Positions 27,289 through 36,997 of a stretch of 64,000 bases of DNA are shown piece after piece (position 1 is the stretch's first letter; every line of letters begins with the position of its first letter). Position numbers and translations under genes: made by a program. Location of the stretch: NCBI GenBank assembly GCA_016699245.1, contig CP064968.1, positions 155,386 through 219,385 on the forward strand, read 5' to 3'. The notes below the pieces were generated by a model that saw only the letters and a list, made by a program, of their open reading frames with translations, ran no database searches and was not told the DNA's origin. This DNA comes from Candidatus Kaiserbacteria bacterium. GTDB taxonomy: Bacteria > Patescibacteriota > Minisyncoccia > Phycocordibacterales > UBA918.

Positions 27289-28974
27289 ATGCGATTTTTT
27301 AGAAAAAAGAAAAAACCTGAAATCTCGTTTGATGAGATTTTACTCGATGCATCTAATCTTCCGTCCTTTAATACAGGGCGTATGGAGGGACGTATCGAGT
27401 TGCCACTCAGTCGCAAAAGTATGTATGGCGTTGGCGTTATCTTTGGCTGTATCATGCTCGCCTTTCTGGGACAACTTTTTAAACTCCAAATTATTCAAGG
27501 CTCAGAACTTGCAGAAAAAAGTGAACACAACCGCACTGAGACAGGGGTGGTCGTAGCAGAGAGAGGTATTGTATATGACCGCTATGGTGAACTCGTTGCA
27601 TGGAATGAAATTGATACCACCGAGCAATATGATTTCCCCGTGCGTGCATACACCGATAGGCGCGGTTTTGGACAACTCATTGGCTACGTGAGTTACCCAC
27701 AAAAAGACAAGTCGGGATTCTATTTTCGTACTGACTACATTGGACGTAATGGTATCGAGGAAACGTATGAAGAAACTCTCCATGGAGAAAATGGTGAGCA
27801 ATTGGTGGAAGTGAATGTGTATGGTGACGTGATTGCAGAAAACGTCGTAGATGCTGCAACTCCAGGAGGGGAAATTCATCTTTCACTTGACGCAGCACTC
27901 TCCGAAGTGATGTACGACCTTATTGCCACCACCACAGAGAAGAATGGTTTTCGTAGCGGTGCAGCGGCGATGATTGATGTGAATACTGGTGAAATAGTAG
28001 CGCTCACAAGTTTCCCTTCGTATGACCCTGAAGTGCTCGCAGATGGGGACGACGTTGACCTTATTCAGTCGTACAACGACGACCCTCGTTTTCCATTTCT
28101 CAATAAGGTTGTGGGAGGTGTGTATACACCAGGCTCTATTGTCAAACCATTTGTAGCGTATGGAGCACTCGCAGAAAATATTATTAGTCCTACCAAAGTG
28201 ATTGTAAGTACCGGTGCAATTACTATCCCTAATCCGTATGACCCGAGTAATCCTGCAGTCTTTCGCGACTGGCGTTCGACTCTCGGCGCGATGACTATTC
28301 GTGATGCTATTGCGTACTCTTCAAACGTGTTTCTGATGACTATTGGGGGAGGGTACGGTGATCAAAAAGGTTTAGGTATTACACGTCTCAATAAATATTT
28401 CCGTCTCTTTGGACTCGGTACAACGACGGGTATTGCACTTTCGGGTGAGCAGAAAGGTCTCGTGCCTACGCCTGAATGGAAGCAGGAAGTATTCAAAGAC
28501 GATTGGCGTTTGGGAGATACGTACCTCACTGCTATTGGACAGTTTGGATTTCAGACTACACCACTCCAGATGCTCCGTGCGTATGCGGCACTCGCAAATG
28601 GCGGAACATTAGTGACACCGCATCTCATATTAGGAGAAGTGGGGGTAAAGAAAGATATTGGACTTATTCCTGAAGATTTGAAAGTTGTGCGAGAGGGTAT
28701 GCGTGGGACGGTGATTCAAGTAGGCGGTACCGCACGTGCACTTGAACGTACTGATGTGGAGATTGCCGCAAAATCAGGTACTGCAGAACTCGGTACCACC
28801 AAAGCCACGGTGAACTCATGGATTGCAGGTTACTTCCCGTATAAAAAGCCAAAATATGCATTTATTCTTTTTATGGAGAATGGTCCAAGGAGTAACACAG
28901 TGGGTGCGGGTTCGGTGATGGGTAAAGTATTTGATTGGATTGCGATAAATCGCCCTGAATACTTAGAGGAATAG
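27289..28974 (+). CDS. mrdA: Penicillin-binding protein 2 (elongasome transpeptidase)
   Basis: TM anchor plus transpeptidase motifs (SIVKP SxxK, SSN, KSGTA). Follows mreBCD. Confidence 0.8.
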   Translation: MRFFRKKKKPEISFDEILLDASNLPSFNTGRMEGRIELPLSRKSMYGVGVIFGCIMLAFLGQLFKLQIIQGSELAEKSEHNRTETGVVVAERGIVYDRYGELVAWNEIDTTEQYDFPVRAYTDRRGFGQLIGYVSYPQKDKSGFYFRTDYIGRNGIEETYEETLHGENGEQLVEVNVYGDVIAENVVDAATPGGEIHLSLDAALSEVMYDLIATTTEKNGFRSGAAAMIDVNTGEIVALTSFPSYDPEVLADGDDVDLIQSYNDDPRFPFLNKVVGGVYTPGSIVKPFVAYGALAENIISPTKVIVSTGAITIPNPYDPSNPAVFRDWRSTLGAMTIRDAIAYSSNVFLMTIGGGYGDQKGLGITRLNKYFRLFGLGTTTGIALSGEQKGLVPTPEWKQEVFKDDWRLGDTYLTAIGQFGFQTTPLQMLRAYAALANGGTLVTPHLILGEVGVKKDIGLIPEDLKVVREGMRGTVIQVGGTARALERTDVEIAAKSGTAELGTTKATVNSWIAGYFPYKKPKYAFILFMENGPRSNTVGAGSVMGKVFDWIAINRPEYLEE

Positions 28975-29082
28975 GTACATAAAGGAAAAATTATTATTAG
29001 TCAAGGAACAATGATTTTTCCCCACGTTGACTTCAATGGTGGTCTACGTATAATTGACTCACTAACTTATTTACACATACAT

Positions 29083-29556
29083 ATGAATGAACCACACGAC
29101 TCGTTTTTAACACAAGAAAAGTTTGAGGAACTTAAGAAAGAACTCGATCACCTCAAAACGGTTCGTCGTAAGGAAGTGGCAGAGTCACTCGAGTACGCAC
29201 GTAGTTTGGGAGACATTTCAGAAAATGCTGAGTATCAGGAAGCGCGTGATATGCAAGCAGCTATCGAGGAGCGTATTCAATATCTCGAGAAGGTCATCAA
29301 AGAAGCAAAGATTGTCGCAAGTAGCAACAAGGGGGATGTGGTCGGACTCGGCTCTGAGGTAACCATTCAAAAGGGTACTGACGCAGAACATCGTACCTAC
29401 ACCATAGTGGGCTCAGAGGAAGCAAACATTCATGAACATAAACTTTCATACCTTTCACCACTCGGTGAAGCGCTCATGGGTAAGGCAAAGAGTGATTCAT
29501 TTACCTTCGAAACCCCTGGAGGGAAGCAGACGTATACCGTACTTAAAGTGGCTTAG
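29083..29556 (+). CDS. greA: Transcription elongation factor GreA
   Basis: LTQEKFEELKKELDHLKTVRR coiled coil; GDISENAEY acidic tip; FKBP-like C-terminus. Confidence 0.85.
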   Translation: MNEPHDSFLTQEKFEELKKELDHLKTVRRKEVAESLEYARSLGDISENAEYQEARDMQAAIEERIQYLEKVIKEAKIVASSNKGDVVGLGSEVTIQKGTDAEHRTYTIVGSEEANIHEHKLSYLSPLGEALMGKAKSDSFTFETPGGKQTYTVLKVA

Positions 29557-29591
29557 TTGACTAAGTAACCATACGTTTATGTTTCTGTAGG

Positions 29592-29634
29592 AAAACCCCG
29601 TGACGTGCTCCGCAAGTCACGGGGTTTTCATTTT
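29592..29634 (+). terminator. Intrinsic terminator after greA
   Basis: aaaaccccgtgac-gtgctccgcaa-gtcacggggtttt. Confidence 0.7.
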
Positions 29635-29662
29635 GTCCATTCGACGCTACTATAGACCCATT

Positions 29663-31120
29663 ATGTCAGCGATAGATGAAATACGAGGGGAGCGTTTGAA
29701 GAAGTTAGCAATACTTACGGAGAAGGGTATTAATCCCTATCCAGCGACCACGAAGCGCACTCACCGGGTGGAAGATATTTTGTCTTCCTTTGATACGTTG
29801 GTATCAGACGGCACTTTCGTCACCATTGCCGGAAGACTCATGATTGTGCGGGGGCAGGGGGCTATTCTCTTTGCAGATATTTTTGATAACGGTGTGAAGT
29901 TTCAGGCGGTCTTTAAAAGTAATGTGATACAGGAGGAGTCATTTACACTTTTTAAAGAAGTCATCGACAATGGTGACTTCATCGAGATGACCGGAACTAT
30001 TTTTGCAACTGACAAAGGTCAGAAGTCTATACTCGTGACTGAGTGGGGTATGCTTGCAAAAAGCCTTCTGCCACTTCCTGATAAATATCATGGACTCCAA
30101 GACGAGGAAGAACGTTTTAGAAAGCGCTATCTCGACATCTTGAGTAATCCAGAACTGCGTGCACTCTTTCATCGTAAAGAACGATTCTGGGATGTGACTC
30201 GTACCTTTATGAAAGCACGAGGCTTTGCTGAAGTAGAAACTCCTACACTTGAGGTGACGACTGGTGGTGCCGAGGCACGCCCATTCCGCACCCATCATAA
30301 CGACTTCGACCTCGATGTATTTCTCCGTATTTCAGTTGGTGAACTGTGGCAGAAGCGTCTCCTTGCTGCTGGTTACGACAAGACCTTTGAGATTGGTCGC
30401 GTGTACCGCAACGAGGGCACAAGCCACAACCATCTTCAGGAGTTTACCAACATGGAAAGTTACCAAGCCTTCGCGAACTACGAAGAGGGAATGGCGATGG
30501 TGCAAGATTTGTATCGTACCATTGCTCATGAAGTGTATGGTAAGACTGAGTTTACATACGGTGCGCACACCTTTGATTTTGTACATGAGTGGCCGCGTAT
30601 TCGCTATGCCGAGGAAATAGAGCGTCAGACAGGACTTCATCCCGTACATGCAGATGAGACAGCAATAAAAGCAAAACTTCAAGAACTTGGTGTGCAGTAT
30701 GAAGGCGACACCAAAGAGCGTCTTATGGATACCTTATGGAAGTATTGCCGTAAGAATATTACGGGACCCGCGTTCCTCATTGATCATCCGAAACTCGTCT
30801 CACCACTTGCAAAAGAAAATGAAGGAGGAGAGAGTGTCCAGCGTTTCCAGCCTATCATTGCAGGTACCGAAGTAGGGAATGGATATTCAGAACTCAACAA
30901 CCCTCTTGAGCAAAAAGCACGCTTTGATGTACAGCAGGCACTGCTCCAAGGAGGAGATGAGGAAGCGATGATGCCTGATGATGAATTTGTCGAGATGCTC
31001 GAACATGGTATGCCTCCCGCATGTGGCTTCGGCTTTGGCGAGCGCCTCTTTGCCATCCTCGAAAACAAACCCCTCCGTGACGTCCAATTTTTCCCACTCA
31101 TGAGACCGAAAGAATACTAA
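29663..31120 (+). CDS. lysS: Lysyl-tRNA synthetase (class II)
   Basis: OB-fold N-terminus, class II motifs (FRNEG, GxGxGxDR-like GFGFGERL). Confidence 0.9.
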   Translation: MSAIDEIRGERLKKLAILTEKGINPYPATTKRTHRVEDILSSFDTLVSDGTFVTIAGRLMIVRGQGAILFADIFDNGVKFQAVFKSNVIQEESFTLFKEVIDNGDFIEMTGTIFATDKGQKSILVTEWGMLAKSLLPLPDKYHGLQDEEERFRKRYLDILSNPELRALFHRKERFWDVTRTFMKARGFAEVETPTLEVTTGGAEARPFRTHHNDFDLDVFLRISVGELWQKRLLAAGYDKTFEIGRVYRNEGTSHNHLQEFTNMESYQAFANYEEGMAMVQDLYRTIAHEVYGKTEFTYGAHTFDFVHEWPRIRYAEEIERQTGLHPVHADETAIKAKLQELGVQYEGDTKERLMDTLWKYCRKNITGPAFLIDHPKLVSPLAKENEGGESVQRFQPIIAGTEVGNGYSELNNPLEQKARFDVQQALLQGGDEEAMMPDDEFVEMLEHGMPPACGFGFGERLFAILENKPLRDVQFFPLMRPKEY

Positions 31121-31128
31121 TCAAGTAC

Positions 31129-31256
31129 ACAGACACAGTACTGCTATAAGGGTACGAAAACACAAAACGTGAGTCGCATGCGACTCACGTTTTGTGTTTT
31201 CTGAAGTTCTCGCGCTGTGTGCGCTCGAAACCCCCTTATAGCAGTACTGTGTCTGT
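31129..31256. terminator. Composite palindrome: 24-bp outer inverted repeats enclosing an A-run/stem/T-run terminator hairpin
   Basis: Outer acagacacagtactgctataaggg and cccttatagcagtactgtgtctgt. Inner aaaacacaaaacgtgagtcgc-atg-gcgactcacgttttgtgtttt (31157-31201). Confidence 0.55.
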
Positions 31257-31373
31257 TCGTATCAATTAACAAGCGTCCTTGTCGAAGCATTACGTTTTTA
31301 GAGCAGCCTACGAAACTCGTTGAGACCAACGTTTTCAAATGCCTTGCGGAGCCCACACAGGGCGAGCGGAGCA

Positions 31374-31417
31374 AAAAGCAAAACGTCGCACCCAAAGGGT
31401 GCGACGTTTTGCTTTTA
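31374..31417. terminator. Second bidirectional terminator-like hairpin
   Basis: aaaagcaaaacgtcgcaccc-aaa-gggtgcgacgttttgctttt. Confidence 0.55.
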
Positions 31418-31593
31418 TGCGTGCATTTTAAAATGTTGGTCGAGAAAGAGTTAAGTTCCCTTATAAGTTATGCACAGATTTGTGTGGGGGTGTGGTAGAC
31501 GGTGGGGCAGAGTGGTATATAATGTACATGTGGTGGGAGATAGTGGTAGACTATGAAAATAGTTTAACAGTATTGAGTTCATCAATCATTCAC

Positions 31594-32028
31594 ATGCTGA
31601 TTGGAGAGTACACACACAATATCGATGCCAAGAAACGGCTGTCCTTACCTTCTAAGTGGAGGAAGGAACTTGGTAAGAAACTGGTGGTTACTCGTGGACT
31701 TGATAACTGTCTCTTTGTTTATCCCTTGAAAGAGTGGGAGAAAATTACCGAGAAAATCGGTAGACTCCCGCTCGGACAGGCGGATACAAGAGGGTTCAAT
31801 CGATTTTTCCTTTCGGGGGCAGTCGAAGTGGAGGTAGATACTGTAGGACGAATTCTCGTTCCTGATTTCTTAAAGGTGTTCGCTGGATTGACCACAAAGG
31901 TCGTCCTTGCGGGTATCCATGATCGTGTAGAAATGTGGGATGAGAATCGGTGGAGTGAGTACAAGAAGCGCATTGAAGAGCAGGCTGATGCTCTCGCTGA
32001 AAAACTTGGCGAGATTGGAGTTCTCTAG
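31594..32028 (+). CDS. mraZ: Transcriptional regulator MraZ
   Basis: Duplicated DxxxR-type MraZ halves (GEYTHNIDAKKRLSLP; VEVDTVGRILVP). Confidence 0.85.
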   Translation: MLIGEYTHNIDAKKRLSLPSKWRKELGKKLVVTRGLDNCLFVYPLKEWEKITEKIGRLPLGQADTRGFNRFFLSGAVEVEVDTVGRILVPDFLKVFAGLTTKVVLAGIHDRVEMWDENRWSEYKKRIEEQADALAEKLGEIGVL

Positions 32029-32050
32029 GAGCCTCTAAGTTACATGATAT

Positions 32051-32953
32051 ATGCAATCTCACAAAACTGTACTTACAGACGAGGCGGTAGACGCACTCGC
32101 GATCAATGATTCTTCTGTGGTTGTTGATGCAACGCTGGGCTCTTCGGGCCATGCAAAGCGCATCATCGAAACACTCGGCTCACGCGGAGTGTTTGTCGGG
32201 ATAGATGCCGATGTGACTGCGATTACAAAGGGCACCGAGGTGCTCAGAGGAAGCGCATGCACACTGCATCTTTGTAACGGAAACTTTAGAACGATTGACT
32301 CAATTTTAGAACAACTTCATATAGAGCATGCTGATGCAATTCTTGCCGACCTTGGTTGGCGGATGGAACAGTTTAGTGGCAACGGGAAAGGATTCTCCTT
32401 TCAAGTGGACGAGCCACTCCTCATGACGTTTGGTGACCCAAAAGACTATGTCTTTACGGCACGCGACATCGTGAATGAGTGGGACGAAGAAAATCTCATC
32501 AATATCCTTCGTGGATACGGTGAAGAACGCTTTGCGGGACGCATCGCACGACACATAGTCGAGGCGCGCGCAGAGAAACCGATAGAAACCACCTTTGAAC
32601 TTGTTGCCATTATTGAGTCTGCAGTGCCCGCTTTCTACAAGCGCGCCCGCATCCACTGTGCTACCCGCACTTTCCAAGCACTCCGCATCACCGTGAACGA
32701 CGAGTTTCTTGCACTTGAAGACTTTATCAAGAAGTCAGTTGCACTCCTCTCGCCACACGGACGACTCGCGGTCATTACCTTCCATAGTATTGAAGACCGC
32801 ATTGTTAAGCATCTCTTTAAAAACCTTGCACACGATCATATTGGTATCGTGCATACCAAAAAACCTATTATTGCATCCCCTGAAGAATTACAAGAAAATC
32901 CCCGCGCACGCAGCGCCAAATTACGTATTTTTGAGAAACATGAGGAAGTATAA
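32051..32953 (+). CDS. rsmH: 16S rRNA m4C1402 methyltransferase RsmH (MraW)
   Basis: SAM-binding VDATLGSSGHA; conserved RsmH C-terminus (TFHSIEDRIVK, RARSAKLR). Confidence 0.85.
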   Translation: MQSHKTVLTDEAVDALAINDSSVVVDATLGSSGHAKRIIETLGSRGVFVGIDADVTAITKGTEVLRGSACTLHLCNGNFRTIDSILEQLHIEHADAILADLGWRMEQFSGNGKGFSFQVDEPLLMTFGDPKDYVFTARDIVNEWDEENLINILRGYGEERFAGRIARHIVEARAEKPIETTFELVAIIESAVPAFYKRARIHCATRTFQALRITVNDEFLALEDFIKKSVALLSPHGRLAVITFHSIEDRIVKHLFKNLAHDHIGIVHTKKPIIASPEELQENPRARSAKLRIFEKHEEV

Positions 32954-33254
32954 AACCACAACAGCACACAAAGACGAGTCACGGCTCTTTTACCTTGCGC
33001 TGTCGTGTTTTGTGATGGTACTCTTTTTATACATGTATTTCGTTAGTTCCTCTGTCCTTAATGTGGTTATGCGGAAAGAAGTAGATACGCGCATTGCCGA
33101 GGTGGGAACAGTTATTGGTGATCTCGAATCAACATATATTGAAATGCAACATGATGTGAGTAGTGACATCGCGACCCATCGGGGCTTTGTCATGGCGGAA
33201 AAAAAGATTTTTATAGACAGAACAACAGACACTCTTTCGTTATTACAAAACTAG
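32940..33254 (+). CDS. ftsL: FtsL-like small bitopic cell-division protein
   Basis: Position between rsmH and ftsI; single TM plus coiled-coil-like segment. Overlaps rsmH stop by 14 nt. Confidence 0.4.
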   Translation: MRKYKTTTAHKDESRLFYLALSCFVMVLFLYMYFVSSSVLNVVMRKEVDTRIAEVGTVIGDLESTYIEMQHDVSSDIATHRGFVMAEKKIFIDRTTDTLSLLQN

Positions 33255-33263
33255 TATTGAAAC

Positions 33264-34970
33264 ATGAGGCGTGACGCAGTAACCAGAATACGCATCATTA
33301 CCGGAGTAGTGCTCGCACTTATGTGCGTGCTTATTGGACGTCTTTATTTTATACAGGTAATGCATGGGGATGAGTACCGTGCTTCGGGAGAAAGCCAGTA
33401 TGTGCATACAGTACGAGAACTATACAATCGTGGGAGTGTGTATTTCACGACAAAAGACGGTGAAAAAGTTTCTGCAGCTACAATTAAAACAGGGTTTCTC
33501 CTTGCAATTGATCCAAGTAAAGTAATTGATGCAGAGCAAACGTATGGTGCGCTTGCGGGGGTGATTCCTCTTGATCACGACATGTTTATTGAACGTGCCA
33601 GTCGAAAAGATAAAACATATCAAGAGATAGAGAGACAAATCGAAAATGATGATGCTGAAAAAATTGAAGCACTTACTCTTTCGGGGGTAAAACTGTATCG
33701 GAATCAATGGCGCTACTATCCAGGGAAATCGCTTGCAGCACGCACGATAGGCTTCATTGGGTACGATGGTGATGCGCTCGTAGGGAAGTATGGCCTTGAA
33801 CGCTACTACAACGACACACTCATACGCGATACCAACCATTTGAGTGTCAATTTTTTTGCTGAACTATTTAGCAACCTAGGTACTCTCGTCTTTGATGCAT
33901 CTGACAAAACTGAAGGGGATGTGGTCACCACTATTGAGCCAACTGTTGCCCGTACTCTCGACAGGGTGCTCGAAGATGCACAGAAGCGTTGGAGTAGTAG
34001 CGTGACAGGCGGTATCATCATCAATCCTAAAAATGGTGAAATAATTGCGCTTAATGTCGTGCCTTCATATGATCTGAATAATCGAGGTGATATTGATATA
34101 GCATCTTTCCAAAATCCACTCATTGAAAGTGTGTACGAAATGGGTTCAATCATCAAGCCGCTCACGATGGCTGCAGGACTTGACGCAGGAGTGATAACTC
34201 CGAATAGTACCTATTATGATTCAGGGTGTATTATTCTTAGTGAAAAGAAAATCTGTAACTACGATGGTCGCGCGCGAGGGACAGTTGGAGTGCAGGAAAT
34301 ATTGAGTCAGTCTCTCAATACGGGTGTAGCGCACGTTGCATCACTTCTTGGAAGAGAACGTTTCCGAGATTATTTCTATGGACTCAAACTTGGGTCAGAG
34401 ACGGGAATTGATTTACCGAGTGAAGGGCGTGGATTGGTAAAAAACCTTGAGGAGAATCGTGAGTTGGAATTTGCAAATGCATCATTCGGGCAAGGTATTG
34501 CACTCACGCCTATTGCCACCGTGCGTGCACTTTCAACACTTGCGAATGGTGGCATGCTCATTACTCCACATTTGGTGAAGCGTGTAGAATTTAAAGATGG
34601 CACGTCACATGATGTAGGGTATGCCGAAGGTGAGCGTGTCTTCTCCGAAAAGACGAGCGAAGACATCACTCGCATGCTCGTGACCGTAGTCGATAAAGCG
34701 CTTAAGGGAGGAAAGGCAAAAAATGAATATTACACCATAGCCGCCAAAACGGGTACTGCGCAGATTCCTGATCCCACAGGCGGGTACTACGACGATCGTT
34801 ATTTACACTCATTTTTCGGCTATTTCCCCGCGTATGACCCCCAATTCCTTATTTTCCTGTATACTGTGGAGCCGAAGGGGGTAGAATATGCATCTGAAAC
34901 ATTGACTGATCCCTTCATTGAGTTGGTTCAATTTCTCATTAATTATTATGCACTACCCCCTGATCGTTAA
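33264..34970 (+). CDS. ftsI: Penicillin-binding protein, FtsI/PBP3-like transpeptidase
   Basis: TM anchor, dimerisation domain, transpeptidase motifs (GSIIKP SxxK, SLN, KTGTA). Confidence 0.8.
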   Translation: MRRDAVTRIRIITGVVLALMCVLIGRLYFIQVMHGDEYRASGESQYVHTVRELYNRGSVYFTTKDGEKVSAATIKTGFLLAIDPSKVIDAEQTYGALAGVIPLDHDMFIERASRKDKTYQEIERQIENDDAEKIEALTLSGVKLYRNQWRYYPGKSLAARTIGFIGYDGDALVGKYGLERYYNDTLIRDTNHLSVNFFAELFSNLGTLVFDASDKTEGDVVTTIEPTVARTLDRVLEDAQKRWSSSVTGGIIINPKNGEIIALNVVPSYDLNNRGDIDIASFQNPLIESVYEMGSIIKPLTMAAGLDAGVITPNSTYYDSGCIILSEKKICNYDGRARGTVGVQEILSQSLNTGVAHVASLLGRERFRDYFYGLKLGSETGIDLPSEGRGLVKNLEENRELEFANASFGQGIALTPIATVRALSTLANGGMLITPHLVKRVEFKDGTSHDVGYAEGERVFSEKTSEDITRMLVTVVDKALKGGKAKNEYYTIAAKTGTAQIPDPTGGYYDDRYLHSFFGYFPAYDPQFLIFLYTVEPKGVEYASETLTDPFIELVQFLINYYALPPDR

Positions 34971-34994
34971 TCTGCATTCATAAGATAATCCTGT

Positions 34995-36287
34995 ATGAAA
35001 GAAATATTTAAGAATATTGTTGTTGCTATTCTTACGTTTGAAGCAAAGATGCTTTTACGTCGCACACGTCCGCAAATTATTGCGGTGACGGGAAGTGTAG
35101 GAAAGACTTCTATTAAAGATGCTATCTACGAGGTCTTTAAAGGGAAAATCCATGTGCGCAAAAGTGAAAAGAGTTTTAATTCAGGAATTGGTGTACCTCT
35201 CTCTGTGCTTGGTCTCCCGAACGCATGGAATAATCCATTTAAATGGCTTAAAAATATTATTGATGGTGCACTGATTGCGATGCACCCCGGAGAATATCCA
35301 AAGTTACTCATTCTTGAAATGGGTGTCGACAGACCGGGTGACATGGACAAACTCACTGCATGGATTCGCCCTGATGTGGTGGTGCTTACACGCTTGCCGA
35401 ATGTGCCTGTTCACGTAGAGTTTTTTGAATCACCTGAAGCTGTCATACGTGAAAAAAAGAAACTTGTGGATGCGCTTAAGCCCGATGGTGTCCTTGTCTA
35501 TAATCAAGATGATGAAAAGATTGTAGAGATTGTTCAAGGAGTTTTTCAGCGCTCGATAGGATATAGCCGCTACTCACTCTCACCCTTTACTGCCTCTGGA
35601 GATAGAGTGATATATGAAAATGGAAAAGCTGTTGGTTTTGAATTTTTGCTCACCCATATGGATACTGCGGTCCTTATGCGTGCAAACGGCTCACTTGGAG
35701 TACAGCATGCATACAATTACGCTGCAGCCACGGCTGTAGCTTCTGTATTTAGTATTAGTGTCGATGATGCAGCAATCGCGCTCAGTACATACACGCCCCC
35801 TCCCGGACGTATGCGTCTTATCCCTGGTATCAAGGATTCACTCATTATTGATGACACCTATAATTCCTCACCAACGGCAAGTGAACGCTCCCTTATCACT
35901 TTGGGTGAGTTGAAGGGTGTGAAGCGCCGTATCGCTGTTATGGGTGACATGATGGAACTGGGGCAGTTTTCTATTCGAGAGCATGAGCGTATTGGGCATC
36001 TTGTGCCACAGAACGCACAGATTTTGGTCACAATCGGAGTGCGCTCTCGTGGAATATCAAAGGGAGCTGTTGAGGCAGGAATGGACCCAAAAAATATTTT
36101 TGAATTTGATGATGCACTTCGTGCAGGGAAGGACTTGCAGAACTTTATTAAAGCGGGTGATGCAATTTTAGTAAAAGGCTCTCAATCTATTCGCGCGGAA
36201 CGCTTTGTAGAGGAACTCATGGCCGAGCCAGAAAAAGCAGGAGAAATGCTCGTCCGTCAGGACGCCATGTGGAAAACAATTAAATAA
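34995..36287 (+). CDS. murF: UDP-MurNAc-pentapeptide synthetase MurF
   Basis: AVTGSVGKTS P-loop, MurF signature SFNSGIGVPLSVLGL, IDDTYNSSP. Confidence 0.7.
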   Translation: MKEIFKNIVVAILTFEAKMLLRRTRPQIIAVTGSVGKTSIKDAIYEVFKGKIHVRKSEKSFNSGIGVPLSVLGLPNAWNNPFKWLKNIIDGALIAMHPGEYPKLLILEMGVDRPGDMDKLTAWIRPDVVVLTRLPNVPVHVEFFESPEAVIREKKKLVDALKPDGVLVYNQDDEKIVEIVQGVFQRSIGYSRYSLSPFTASGDRVIYENGKAVGFEFLLTHMDTAVLMRANGSLGVQHAYNYAAATAVASVFSISVDDAAIALSTYTPPPGRMRLIPGIKDSLIIDDTYNSSPTASERSLITLGELKGVKRRIAVMGDMMELGQFSIREHERIGHLVPQNAQILVTIGVRSRGISKGAVEAGMDPKNIFEFDDALRAGKDLQNFIKAGDAILVKGSQSIRAERFVEELMAEPEKAGEMLVRQDAMWKTIK

Positions 36288-36290
36288 TAC

Positions 36291-36316
36291 ATTGCCGACA
36301 TCGTAAGTCGGCAATG
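36291..36316. repeat. Hairpin family member 1 (attgccgac-atcgtaa-gtcggcaat)
   Basis: Same loop as the hairpin at 36964 with compensatory stem changes. Confidence 0.5.
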
Positions 36317-36337
36317 TATGGAAACAGACATAATAAA

Positions 36338-36370
36338 AGGCCTGAAGTGTGCACGCACACTTCAGGCCTT
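36338..36370. terminator. Hairpin terminator between convergent murF and 36389-36829 gene
   Basis: ggcctgaagtgtgc-acgc-acacttcaggcc. Confidence 0.55.
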
Positions 36371-36388
36371 TGTTGAGGTCGGGTCCTC

Positions 36389-36829
36389 TTACTTGGGACA
36401 GGCCCACTTACCAGCACCCATCGACTTGACGGACTTGCCCTTTGAGAAACAGCGACTCACAGTGGCGTAATTTTTGCTTTCGCTATTCACAACGTCGCGC
36501 GTAATTCGTGCCACACTGGACAGAGATTTCTTCTCGGTATATTCCTCCAGTGTGAAGTGTGTGGAATAATGGATATACTCTTCGTCCAATCCAGTTAATC
36601 CCATTGACCTTCCACTAAGGAGGAGGACATCGCCGTTAGTCGTTATCGCATAGTCCCCAGGCCGTGCTTGTTTTAGTTTTTCGATGATAACGGATTCGAT
36701 AGGCTTCTGCATATCCTCGGGTACACTCGGCAAACTGTAGCCATAGATTATGCAGACCAAGACGACCAATAGGTAAGTAAAAACCCCAGGCTCCCAATTT
36801 TTCTTTTCAACAGCAACATCGTGACTCAC
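36389..36829 (-). CDS. Hypothetical membrane-anchored protein
   Basis: N-terminal TM helix; no motif. Confidence 0.35.
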   Translation of the reverse strand: MSHDVAVEKKNWEPGVFTYLLVVLVCIIYGYSLPSVPEDMQKPIESVIIEKLKQARPGDYAITTNGDVLLLSGRSMGLTGLDEEYIHYSTHFTLEEYTEKKSLSSVARITRDVVNSESKNYATVSRCFSKGKSVKSMGAGKWACPK

Positions 36830-36963
36830 TTTAGATCTCCTTGATATTGATTACTCAAAACAGGCGAAATCGCCTAGAACATTACCTTGAATGTTATACT
36901 ACTAGTATCACGAAGCGTCAAGTCACGTATTTAAGCCATATACTATCCAATCGTGTGTTTCTA

Positions 36964-36996
36964 TGGTCGACATCGTAAGTCGACCATGTTTTTTTC
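36964..36996. repeat. Hairpin family member 2 (atggtcgac-atcgtaa-gtcgaccat) plus T-run
   Basis: Loop identical to the 36291 hairpin; T8 run on plus strand. Confidence 0.5.
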
Positions 36997-36997
36997 G

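Noticed and set aside
31480-31593. N-terminal extension of the mraZ ORF
   Set aside because: MraZ family proteins begin at the MLIGEY-type motif. The upstream codons (Trp/Gly-rich) look non-coding.
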